Of a DNA stretch of 64,000 bases, positions 49,858 through 58,918 are shown in pieces. Each line of letters opens with the position of its first letter. Positions within the stretch are counted from its first letter, which is position 1. The translations under genes and the position numbers were made by a program. This stretch comes from Bacteroidota bacterium. Its GTDB lineage: Bacteria > Bacteroidota > Bacteroidia > 2-12-FULL-35-15. Where the stretch lies: contig CANIQT010000013.1 of NCBI GenBank assembly GCA_947469885.1, positions 13,604 through 77,603 on the forward strand, given 5' to 3'. The notes beneath the pieces are model-generated. The model searched no databases and was not told where the DNA came from. It saw nothing but the letters and a program-made list of their open reading frames with translations.

Positions 49858-50331
49858 ATGTCAAACATTTCTTATTTTACAGAAGAGGGATTAAAAAAAA
49901 TTCAAGAAGAATTGCACCAACTAATGGCAGTGGAGCGCCCTTCTATTTCAAAACAAATTGCTGAAGCTCGCGACAAAGGCGACTTATCAGAAAATGCGGA
50001 ATACGATGCCGCCAAGGAAGCGCAAGGCTTATTGGAAATGCGAATTTCGAAACTGGAAGCAGTGGTTAAAAATGCGCGCGTTATTGACGAATCGAATATG
50101 GATGTATCGAAAGTATTGGTGCTTTCGAAAGTAAAAATTAAAAACAAAGCTACGGGAGCAATGATGGCTTACACACTTGTGGCTGAAAACGAAGCTAATT
50201 TTAAGGAAGGAAAAATTTCTGTTGACTCGCCTATCGGTAAAGGTTTGCTAGGAAAGAAAAAAGGAGATACTGCCGAAATAAAAGTGCCTTCGGGAGTGAT
50301 GCAGTTTGAAATTGTGGAAATTTCGCGTTAA
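49858..50331 (+). CDS. greA: transcription elongation factor GreA
   Basis: The 157-aa product shows a coiled-coil N-domain with GDLSENAEYDAAKEAQ and an FKBP-like C-domain. Confidence 0.9.
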   Translation: MSNISYFTEEGLKKIQEELHQLMAVERPSISKQIAEARDKGDLSENAEYDAAKEAQGLLEMRISKLEAVVKNARVIDESNMDVSKVLVLSKVKIKNKATGAMMAYTLVAENEANFKEGKISVDSPIGKGLLGKKKGDTAEIKVPSGVMQFEIVEISR

Positions 50332-50749
50332 TTATAATTCTAAATCCTTAATCAAATTGGCTAGTATTTTTTCAAGAATAATTGCAGGCGAAATACCTTG
50401 TTACAAAATTGCGGAGAACGACAAATTCTTTGCTTTTTTGGATGTGTTCCCATTGGTTCATGGTCATGTGTTGGTGGTTCCAAAAACGGAGACCGATTAT
50501 ATTTTTGATATTGCTGATGCCGATTTGGCTGAAATGATGGTGTTCGCTAAAAAGGTTGCTAAAGCCATAAAATTGGCTGTTCCGTGCAAACGCATTGGTG
50601 TTGCAGTTATCGGTTTGGAAGTACCTCATGCTCATATTCACCTGGTGCCTATGAATACCGCCAACGATATTAATTTTACCCAAGCTAAGCTAACACCTAC
50701 TGCTGAAGAGCTTAGTGTCATAGCGGTAAAAATACGTTCAGTGTTTTAA
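50306..50749 (+). CDS. HIT (histidine triad) family hydrolase
   Basis: HIT motif PHAHIHLVP. The track start overlaps greA by 26 nt. The true start may be the TTG near 50358 (LASIFSRIIAGEIP). Confidence 0.75.
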   Translation: MKLWKFRVNYNSKSLIKLASIFSRIIAGEIPCYKIAENDKFFAFLDVFPLVHGHVLVVPKTETDYIFDIADADLAEMMVFAKKVAKAIKLAVPCKRIGVAVIGLEVPHAHIHLVPMNTANDINFTQAKLTPTAEELSVIAVKIRSVF

Positions 50750-51170
50750 TTGGTTTTAAAAATCACCACTACCCTTTTACAAGCAATTCTGTTATTAACG
50801 AAAAAGGTCAAAAAAAGAGTTTGGGACATATCCCTGATTGGGGAATGCGTCCACACAAATGTTTGGGTGTATTCCCAGTCAGGGATAGGTTCCACACAAG
50901 CATTCGGTAGGATTCCTCAGCCGGTGAATATATAGGGTATAATTTATGGTGCTTGTTGTGGGATTTAATTGATTCTATACTGATTAACAATAAGTTCTTA
51001 CAAGAAAAAGGTTTTTAGCAAAATGTTTTTGCTCACTTTTGCCAAAAAAAAGGTTATTTTATTTTACTAAAATCATCTTTTATATCAAATTATATTATTA
51101 ATATTGTAGCATGATTACAATGCTCTTAAATATAATGCTCCTTGCATTAATTATTGTAATTATTAAATTG

Positions 51171-51198
51171 CACCGCACCGCACCGCACCGCACCGCAC
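51171..51198. repeat. pentanucleotide microsatellite (CACCG)5 + cac
   Basis: caccgcaccgcaccgcaccgcaccgcac is read directly. It lies about 205 bp upstream of the likely start (51403) of the 1425-aa CTD protein gene. Confidence 0.9.
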
Positions 51199-51357
51199 AC
51201 AAGCGCAGCAGCGGCAGATAATAAATTATATTTATTTTTTTCAAAGTCCATTCGCATTTTGCGTTTGGGCTTTTTTTATTCCCCTTGAGAGAAGCAAGGG
51301 GTGTGTTTAAAAAAAACAGAACGCAGATGACGCGGATTAGGCGGATGAACACTGATT

Positions 51358-54300
51358 ATGAATTTCAGATTACAAATTATAAACCCTAAAACAAAAAACG
51401 AAATGAAAAAACAATTACTTAAATTAGTGATGCTCGCCTGTATATTTATAGGAGTGGGAGCAAAAACGATGAATGCGCAAAGTGGTGATAGTTGCACCAC
51501 GGCAAAAGATTTTTTACCAGATACCAGTATGGTACCTCAGGTAGAAATAATGAGTAATGGAACAGTGTGGTACAAGTTTACTGCAATTGATTCTAATTTA
51601 ACAATAAAATTGGTTGAACTTTTTTCTTCTCCGGGTAACAAAGTGCTTAGTGTAAAAGTGAGGATAGCTAATTGCAGTAATCCAAGTATTATAGCCAGCG
51701 ATACCATTACTGATTTGTATGATTCAGCACTTGTAATTACAACCACATTGCTTGATTCGGGTAGTGTTTATTATTTGGAAATAACAAAAAACAACAGCAC
51801 TGAAGAAGTTAAAATGTTGATAGTGGTTGATAATAATCCGAAAATAAATTGGGGCTGCACAGTACCACCTCAATGTGAGTATGTTTTTAATGGAGATTTT
51901 GAAGATTATCTTTCAGTGCCAACCGGAGGGCCAAACCAATATAATCCCGGACAAATTTTCAGAACGTGTAATTGGTCAACTGCAAATATTGGAACCCCTG
52001 ATTATTTTATGACAATAGCTCCTGCAAATTCAAATTTTGGAGTACCAAATAACGTGGCAGGAGCTGGTGCTTTTTCAATTAATTCAGCAGGCACAACCCC
52101 AAGTGGGGGAGCGTATGGAGGAATAAATGCCTGGTGGGGAGGGCAGCCAGCAGGTTTGTCTGAATGTATTCAAGGAAATTTGGTGTGTCCACTCACAGCA
52201 GGAGTAAATTATATTGTTTCATTTTATGTACATCAGGCAAGTTTTTCTCATTTTACAGTCCCAATGCTGGGAGCCGCTATAACAAACGGCAGTATAGCTA
52301 CAGCAACTGTATTTGCCCCTGTTCCCCCAGCAGGCTCGGTAATAGCAGGAGGGTTGACAAGTACAAATAACTGGCAACTTATTACAGGAGTCTATTGTGC
52401 AACAGGAGGAGAAGACCATATTACTATTGGAGATTTTTGGCCCCTGCAACCACCAATTCCAAACGGCTTTGGGCAGGCACAGGCAGCTTATTATTACATA
52501 GATGGTATTTCTGTTTCGCCCATGCCATTAGCTGTTACAACTTCAACTATTTGTTCGGGCGAAACACCCGTACTGAACAATAACTATTGCGGTGCCCAAA
52601 TGGACTGGACTTCAACCTACCCATGGTCGTGTGCAGCTTGTATAGACCCTAATCCAAGTTTACCTTTTCTATCGAGTAGCGAATCGTTTACGGCTACTCT
52701 TACATTGTGCGATGGATGTGTTCAAACTTCAACAGCTGTGGTAACTGTTGCTCAGCCTCCTGTTATTATAATTACAGGAAGTATAACATCGTGTACCGGT
52801 GCGGGTACGGTTTATACTGCACTTCAATTAGGAGTTACCCAATCGCCAGTGACTTATAGCTGGACAGCAAGTAACGGAGCATCTCAATCGGGCACAAGCA
52901 ATACTTTTACTCCAGGGTTTTCATCAGCGGGAGGTACTATCTATTGTACCATTACAAACGCTGCTACAGGCTGTAAAGGCACTGCTTCGTTATATGTTGG
53001 CAGCTGCTGCGAGCCACCTACCCCCAACATTAATTTTACCAATACAGCTGTAAATGTGTTGCCGGGTAGCCTGGCAGCAAACAGTATGGGAACCTGGAAT
53101 AGTTCCACCTATGAGGTGAAAGGCAAAACATTTTCGATTAACGGAACATTTACCGTTAATATGGATTTGACCTTGATGGGATGTACCGTATTGATGGGTT
53201 ATGGTACAACCATTAATATCAGTCCGGGAAAAAAATTAATTATTACCGATTTGGTGGACCCAACTTTACCTTGGCTTATATCTCATTTGTATGCCTGTAA
53301 AGAAATGTGGAGTGGTATCAATGTTATCTACTCTAACAGTTCATTACTCATAGACCATGGAACCACTATTGAAGATGCTGAAACAGCTGTATTTGCAACC
53401 AATGGAGGGGATGTAACTATTGGAGGCTACTATAATCAAACAGGGCAATTAAAAGTAATTTTTAATAAAAACCTAAAAAATGTAGTTATAAATAATTCCG
53501 GCACACATGTATATACTACCAATACCATTACGGCAACCGATTTTGAATGTATTGTAGGGCAAATACCACAAGGCGGAAGTAATGTGAATGGAGGTAATTT
53601 TTTAATGTTTCCTCATGCTAACATACGTCCTGATGTAGGGGTGGATTTGAATATGGTAAATAATATAACCATTGGAAGTGCTGCCAGTGCCAATTTATTA
53701 AACAAATTTGAAAACATGGATTACGGCATACGGTCGGATAAAAGTAACCTGATTGTTTACAACAACTTGTTTCAGGACATTACCATGCCTCAGAATATAT
53801 TTATTGGTAGTTGTTTGCCGGGTACTGCTATATGTGCCAAAGGAAACATTTCCAGCAATTATCCTCCTTATATGATTGTGGGCAGTTCATCTGCCGGAAA
53901 TTACATCAACACGTTTAACAATTGCGGAGTGGGCATAGATGCAGGAAAAACAATGAACCAAACCATTTGGGAAAACCATTTTAATAATATTAAAAAATGG
54001 GCAATACGTGAAAATACCAACCTGACGTGCAGTATTGTTATTGCACAAAATCATATTGTTAATGCACAGATTGGTATTGACTGTTTCAACAGCTTGTTTT
54101 CGTATGTAGATATTTACAATAATGATATTACAAACAGTGGGGGTTTGGCAAATGTAATTGGCATAAATGTGAACGAGCCCACACCTTCTCCGACTGGATA
54201 TTACAGAATACATTACAACAACATTAACTATGTTCGCTCTGGAATATTGGCTAACGGACTAACAGGCTCCAACATTGATAGGAACAATATTCGAATTACT

Positions 54301-55635
54301 CCTACTACTATTAATAATCCTCTGCCTTGCTATGGTGTGAAGGTGGACAACAGCCGTAAGTGCAATGTGGTGGCAAACTGGGTGCTGGGCACCACCATCG
54401 ACCGTTGGGTGTATGGTATTGACCTGAATTCAGTATGCAGTAGTAATCAAGTAACCTGCAACGAAAGCCATACCGTGGGGCGTGGGTTGTTTTTTGGAGG
54501 AAACCAACTGCCCGGTACGTTAATAGCAAAAAACATGATGGATAATAACCTGGAAGGGTTTGTGATAAATGGAAATAATGGTCAAGTTGGTCCTCAGAGC
54601 AGTTTTTTCGGTGTTTCGTGCGATAATACTTGGTCGCCTAATATGACCTTTAACACAGCAAATTACGGTAACGCTCCAGGGAATCTCTCTATCTTATATG
54701 TTAGAACTCCATGCGGTACTCCTTACTGCCCTAGTCCTTGGAATATGTATCCAGGTTCTTTACTTTATAATATACCTCAATTTGTTGCTGCAAGCAATTT
54801 AAGTTACACCTGTCCTGTGGTATTGCATCCCTTTGCAAATGCAGCAACTCATGCCATGTTATTAAAAATAGCAGGTGATTCAATTCCTGTTGAAGAATAC
54901 GATTCTGCAACCATATTTATGATGCACCAAAACCTGTATAGATACTTAGCCTCCGATTCTACTTTTTTAACCAACGACAGTTTATTACAATCGTTTGTTC
55001 AGGAAATGAATGAAGGTAATCTTGGAAAGTTAGATTCTATAGAGCGTATGTTTGCTAAACCAGCCACAATGGATACCACCCAATTGCTTAGTTTGCTGGC
55101 ACTGGTCAATTCTATTACTGCCAGCAGCAGTGTGGAAGCAAACAGTGCATGGCTATACAAACAAATGCTAACCAATTTGCTTCAACGCAAAGAATGGGAC
55201 AGCACTCAAATATACAGCTTGAGAGACTTGGCATGGAAATGTGCTCATACCGATGGGGCAGCAGTGCTACAGGCAAGAGCCATATTGTCTCAGTTAGACA
55301 CTGTTGAATATTATAATATTTGCGAACTTGGAGATGAGTTGACTCCAAAAATCCATTGGACAGTTAATCAACCTACCAAAAGGAATTCATTCAAATTGTT
55401 TCCAAATCCAAACAATGGACAAATGAATTTGATTTATTCATTAAGTAAATCAGATAAGGGTGAATTAAATTTATATGATTTAAGAGGGTTACTAATTAGA
55501 AAATACTCATTGCAATCTGGCGAAAATAATCAATTGTTCATTAATGAATCAGAATTAGGTAACGGAGTATATTTTTATAAAGTGATGGTGAATGATGAAT
55601 TAAAATCAAGTGACAAGATTGTAATTATTAAATAA
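51358..55635 (+). CDS. very large secreted protein: CBM4_9-like N-terminal jelly-roll domain, parallel beta-helix repeats, T9SS type-A CTD
   Basis: The real start is probably 51403 (MKKQLLKLVMLACIFIGVGA signal). PbH1-like repeats include NNITIGSAASANLL..., NHIVNAQIGIDCFNS... and NNIRITPTTINN.... The C-terminal KLFPNPNNGQMNLIYSLSK...NGVYFYKVMVNDELKSSDKIVIIK is a CTD. Confidence 0.65.
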   Translation: MNFRLQIINPKTKNEMKKQLLKLVMLACIFIGVGAKTMNAQSGDSCTTAKDFLPDTSMVPQVEIMSNGTVWYKFTAIDSNLTIKLVELFSSPGNKVLSVKVRIANCSNPSIIASDTITDLYDSALVITTTLLDSGSVYYLEITKNNSTEEVKMLIVVDNNPKINWGCTVPPQCEYVFNGDFEDYLSVPTGGPNQYNPGQIFRTCNWSTANIGTPDYFMTIAPANSNFGVPNNVAGAGAFSINSAGTTPSGGAYGGINAWWGGQPAGLSECIQGNLVCPLTAGVNYIVSFYVHQASFSHFTVPMLGAAITNGSIATATVFAPVPPAGSVIAGGLTSTNNWQLITGVYCATGGEDHITIGDFWPLQPPIPNGFGQAQAAYYYIDGISVSPMPLAVTTSTICSGETPVLNNNYCGAQMDWTSTYPWSCAACIDPNPSLPFLSSSESFTATLTLCDGCVQTSTAVVTVAQPPVIIITGSITSCTGAGTVYTALQLGVTQSPVTYSWTASNGASQSGTSNTFTPGFSSAGGTIYCTITNAATGCKGTASLYVGSCCEPPTPNINFTNTAVNVLPGSLAANSMGTWNSSTYEVKGKTFSINGTFTVNMDLTLMGCTVLMGYGTTINISPGKKLIITDLVDPTLPWLISHLYACKEMWSGINVIYSNSSLLIDHGTTIEDAETAVFATNGGDVTIGGYYNQTGQLKVIFNKNLKNVVINNSGTHVYTTNTITATDFECIVGQIPQGGSNVNGGNFLMFPHANIRPDVGVDLNMVNNITIGSAASANLLNKFENMDYGIRSDKSNLIVYNNLFQDITMPQNIFIGSCLPGTAICAKGNISSNYPPYMIVGSSSAGNYINTFNNCGVGIDAGKTMNQTIWENHFNNIKKWAIRENTNLTCSIVIAQNHIVNAQIGIDCFNSLFSYVDIYNNDITNSGGLANVIGINVNEPTPSPTGYYRIHYNNINYVRSGILANGLTGSNIDRNNIRITPTTINNPLPCYGVKVDNSRKCNVVANWVLGTTIDRWVYGIDLNSVCSSNQVTCNESHTVGRGLFFGGNQLPGTLIAKNMMDNNLEGFVINGNNGQVGPQSSFFGVSCDNTWSPNMTFNTANYGNAPGNLSILYVRTPCGTPYCPSPWNMYPGSLLYNIPQFVAASNLSYTCPVVLHPFANAATHAMLLKIAGDSIPVEEYDSATIFMMHQNLYRYLASDSTFLTNDSLLQSFVQEMNEGNLGKLDSIERMFAKPATMDTTQLLSLLALVNSITASSSVEANSAWLYKQMLTNLLQRKEWDSTQIYSLRDLAWKCAHTDGAAVLQARAILSQLDTVEYYNICELGDELTPKIHWTVNQPTKRNSFKLFPNPNNGQMNLIYSLSKSDKGELNLYDLRGLLIRKYSLQSGENNQLFINESELGNGVYFYKVMVNDELKSSDKIVIIK

Positions 55636-55644
55636 ATAACTTTA

Positions 55645-55680
55645 AACAATAACTTCTATCAAATGATAGAAGTTATTGTT
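55645..55680 (+). terminator. perfect 16-bp-stem hairpin (aacaataacttctatc / gatagaagttattgtt), terminator/attenuator 12 nt before the next ATG
   Basis: The inverted repeat is read directly and is followed by tatcttt. Confidence 0.5.
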
Positions 55681-55692
55681 TATCTTTGAAAG

Positions 55693-56673
55693 ATGAAAAA
55701 AATATTAAATCTTATATTTTGTGTTTTGTGTTTCGTGAATAATCTCAAGTCGCAAAATCTTGTACCTAACGAATCATTTGAAGTTTTGGACAGTTGCCCA
55801 AACAATCAGGGAAGAATATATCTTGCTCTGCCGTGGTTTCAACCTTGCATATATTCAGGTAATACCCATAACTCTTCAAGCTCCGATATTTACAATCCAT
55901 GTGCTTTATGGGCTCCAGCTGGAGTTCCGGTCAATATGGTTGGTTCCCAATTTGCCAGAATTGGTGTTGGATATGCAGGTATTCACCCAGATGTTGACAC
56001 TTTTAATTACCGCGAATACATTGAAGTCCCATTATTATCGCCATTAATTGCCAATAAACTGTATTGTGTAAAGTTTTATGTTTCCTTGGCTGAAACGTCA
56101 CATCATGCCATAAGTAATATGGGGGCATATTTTTCAAATGATAGCTTATTGGATACTTCGTATTATCATGCCATAGATTATGTTTTTCCGCAAATAGAAA
56201 ATCCTGGAAATGTTTTTTTAAATGATACTGCAAATTGGGTGTTGGTTTGGGGTAATTTTATTGCTACTGGTGGAGAGCGGTTTATGACAATAGGAAATTT
56301 TCATAATCATGCAAATACAAATGTTCAAAATTTGAACGGAGGTTCTCTAGGCAACTGGTCGTATTATTACATAGATGATGTAAGTGTTATAGATTGCGAT
56401 AGTATAAGTGGGGTAAAAGAAATGAATGATGAAATGGAAGTGAGCATTGCGCCCAACCCGGCAAAGGATGAATTACGAATTAAGAATTATGAATTAGGAA
56501 TTAAAACAATAAAAATATATAACCTGCTAAGTGAATGTGTCTATAACACAACAATAAAACAATTAAACACTATAACCATTGATGTTGCCTATTTACCCAA
56601 AGGCATCTATTTTATTGAACTGCAAAGTGAGAAAGGAACTGCGAGAAAGAAGTTTATAAAGGACGGCAAATAG
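55693..56673 (+). CDS. secreted CBM4_9-like domain protein with T9SS type-A CTD (paralog A)
   Basis: Signal peptide MKKILNLIFCVLCFVNNLKSQ, an NLVPNESFE jelly-roll start, and the C-terminal SIAPNPAKDELRIKN...KGIYFIELQ CTD. Confidence 0.65.
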   Translation: MKKILNLIFCVLCFVNNLKSQNLVPNESFEVLDSCPNNQGRIYLALPWFQPCIYSGNTHNSSSSDIYNPCALWAPAGVPVNMVGSQFARIGVGYAGIHPDVDTFNYREYIEVPLLSPLIANKLYCVKFYVSLAETSHHAISNMGAYFSNDSLLDTSYYHAIDYVFPQIENPGNVFLNDTANWVLVWGNFIATGGERFMTIGNFHNHANTNVQNLNGGSLGNWSYYYIDDVSVIDCDSISGVKEMNDEMEVSIAPNPAKDELRIKNYELGIKTIKIYNLLSECVYNTTIKQLNTITIDVAYLPKGIYFIELQSEKGTARKKFIKDGK

Positions 56674-56698
56674 CCAGTGGTTATTTGAGCGAGTATGT

Positions 56699-57388
56699 GT
56701 GAATGCAGATTCCACTTTTTTAACCAACGACAGTTTATTACAATCGTTTGTTCAGGAAATGAATGAAGGTAATTTAGGAAAATTAGATTCCATTGAGCGG
56801 ATGTTTGCAAAACCAGCTACAATGGATACCACCCAATTACTTAGCTTACTGGCATTGGTCAATTCCATTACTGCAAGCAGCGCGGTGGAGGCAAATAGTG
56901 CCTGGCTGTACAAACAAATGCTTGGAAATTTATTAGCTGGAAAAGATTGGGACAGTACTCAAATATCCAGTTTGAAAGATTTGGCTTGGAAATGCGCCCA
57001 CACCGATGGGGCGGCAGTGCTGCAAGCAAGAGCTATTTTATCGCAATTAGATACTGTTGAATATTATAATATTTGCGAACTTGGAGATGAGTTGACTCCA
57101 AAAAGCCATTGGACAGTTAATCAACCTATGAAAGGGAATTCCTTCAAATTATTTCCTAATCCCAATAATGGTAGTATGAATTTGATATATACTTTGAATA
57201 AAAATGAGAAAGGGGAATTATATCTTTATGATTTGGCGGGAATACTGATTAAAAAATATACTTTACAAGTAGGTGAAAACAATCAACTTTTCATCAATGA
57301 GTCAGCATTGAGTAATGGTGTGTATTTTTATAAAGTAATGATAAACGATGAATTAAAAACAAGTGCAAAAATTGTAATTATTAAATAA
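56699..57388 (+). pseudogene. truncated duplicate of the C-terminal 229 aa (linker + CTD) of the 1425-aa protein; no signal peptide
   Basis: 56706-57388 aligns with 54958-55635 at roughly 85-90 percent identity, with long perfectly identical patches. The ATG at 56699 is created at the duplication junction. Confidence 0.55.
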
Positions 57389-57397
57389 ATAACTTTA

Positions 57398-57434
57398 AAC
57401 ATAAACTTCTATCAAACTGATAGAAGTTTATGTT
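57398..57434 (+). terminator. second copy of the 16-bp-stem hairpin, with two compensatory base-pair swaps
   Basis: aacataaacttctatc / gatagaagtttatgtt. Stem positions 5 and 6 changed in both arms so that pairing is preserved. Confidence 0.5.
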
Positions 57435-57446
57435 TATCTTTGGAAG

Positions 57447-58415
57447 ATGAATAAAGCATTCTTTCTTTTCGTAATATTGAACTTGACTCAGAATCTTTCA
57501 ATGAATGGACAAAACCTTGTACCTAATTCCTCTTTTGAAGTAATTGATTCTTGCCCTACTATAGATGGAAAGCTATATTTTGCGCAACCATGGTTTCAGC
57601 CCTGCATTTATTATGGGAACACGAAAAACTCTTCTAGTTCCGACATCTTCAGTTATTGTGCGTCATACATGGGTGTTCCTACTAATGGAGAAGGTTCTCA
57701 ATTTGCAAGGACAGGTAACGGATATGCAGGTTTTAGTCCTTACGCTGGTATTAATAATGGTCGCGAATATAACGAAGTTCAACTATTATCACCGTTAATA
57801 GCCAATAAACTCTATTGTGTAAAATTTTATGTTTCATTAGCTGAAACCTCACGATACGCAATTAGCAAATTAGGTGTGTATTTTTCCGTAGATAGTTTAT
57901 TAGATACTTCCTATTATCATGCAATAGATTATGTTTTTCCGCAAGTAGAAAACCCTAGTAATATTTTTTTAAATGATACATCTAATTGGATGTTGGTATG
58001 GGGAAATTTTGTTGCAACTGGTGGAGAGCGGTTTATGACAATTGGTAATTTTCATAATCCCGCAAATACAAATGTTCAAAACGTAAACGGAGGTTCTTTT
58101 TATTGGACATATTATTATATAGATGATGTAAGTGTAGTAGATTGTGATAGTATAAGTGGGGTAGGGGAAATTAATGGAGAGGTGGATGTGAGCATTGCGC
58201 CTAATCCTGCAACGGATGAATTACGAATTAAGAATTATGAATTAGGAATTAAAACAATAAAAATATATAACCTGCTAAGTGAATGTGTCTATAACACAAC
58301 AATAAAACAATTAAACACTATAACCATTGATATTGCCTATTTACCCAAAGGCATCTATTTTATTGAAGTACAAAGTGAGAAAGGAATAAAGAGGAGAAAG
58401 TTTGTGAAAGAATAA
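57447..58415 (+). CDS. secreted CBM4_9-like domain protein with T9SS type-A CTD (paralog B)
   Basis: The 322-aa product is collinear with paralog A at about 75 percent aa identity. Its CTD coding part is nearly nucleotide-identical to that of paralog A. Confidence 0.65.
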   Translation: MNKAFFLFVILNLTQNLSMNGQNLVPNSSFEVIDSCPTIDGKLYFAQPWFQPCIYYGNTKNSSSSDIFSYCASYMGVPTNGEGSQFARTGNGYAGFSPYAGINNGREYNEVQLLSPLIANKLYCVKFYVSLAETSRYAISKLGVYFSVDSLLDTSYYHAIDYVFPQVENPSNIFLNDTSNWMLVWGNFVATGGERFMTIGNFHNPANTNVQNVNGGSFYWTYYYIDDVSVVDCDSISGVGEINGEVDVSIAPNPATDELRIKNYELGIKTIKIYNLLSECVYNTTIKQLNTITIDIAYLPKGIYFIEVQSEKGIKRRKFVKE

Positions 58416-58596
58416 AAACACGATTAACCCACCAACATCCTCCTCGTCATAAATTTCTTATTTCTTCGATTTGCGATATAAAAATTTTTACTACTTTGGT
58501 GCAACCATTTTAATGTTCTAAGCATCCTTATAGATGGGTGGTGGAATTGGAACAATTTATTGTTAACCATTTTAGTTAATTTAAATCTACTTTTAG

Positions 58597-58908
58597 ATGA
58601 AAAAAATAATTTTAGCATGTGTTGTATCTGTTTTTTTTGTGGGTGTTTCTATAAGTCAAACCACTGCTGAACCTGCAAAACTAACCGCTGCAAGCATAGA
58701 AGGAACTTACCAAATTCAGGTGGTTAATTCGAGAAATCAACCTTACATACCTGCTAACCTTAACCAGTTAGTGTTAGACAACAGAGATGCCACTGAGGTA
58801 AAATATGTGACTTTAGGAACAGAAGTACGTTTGAAAGTACTTCCACTTTCCGAAATAAATAAGCCTGATTTTAAACCTTTACAAAAGATTGCGCATGTTC
58901 GTAATTAA
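58597..58908 (+). CDS. small secreted hypothetical protein
   Basis: Signal peptide MKKIILACVVSVFFVGVSISQ, a 103-aa product. Confidence 0.45.
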   Translation: MKKIILACVVSVFFVGVSISQTTAEPAKLTAASIEGTYQIQVVNSRNQPYIPANLNQLVLDNRDATEVKYVTLGTEVRLKVLPLSEINKPDFKPLQKIAHVRN

Positions 58909-58918
58909 ATTCATTAAC

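Noticed and set aside
50306-50331. 26-nt overlap between greA and the HIT gene
   Set aside because: This is probably a start-site artefact of the ORF track. A TTG start near 50358 gives a canonical HIT N-terminus without overlap. It is not evidence of anything unusual.
51098-51500. Minus-strand ORFs 51098..51352 and 51276..51500 in the intergenic spacer
   Set aside because: They span the microsatellite and hairpins, have a hydrophobic junk-like composition, and 51276..51500 overlaps the 5' end of the large plus-strand gene. No support.
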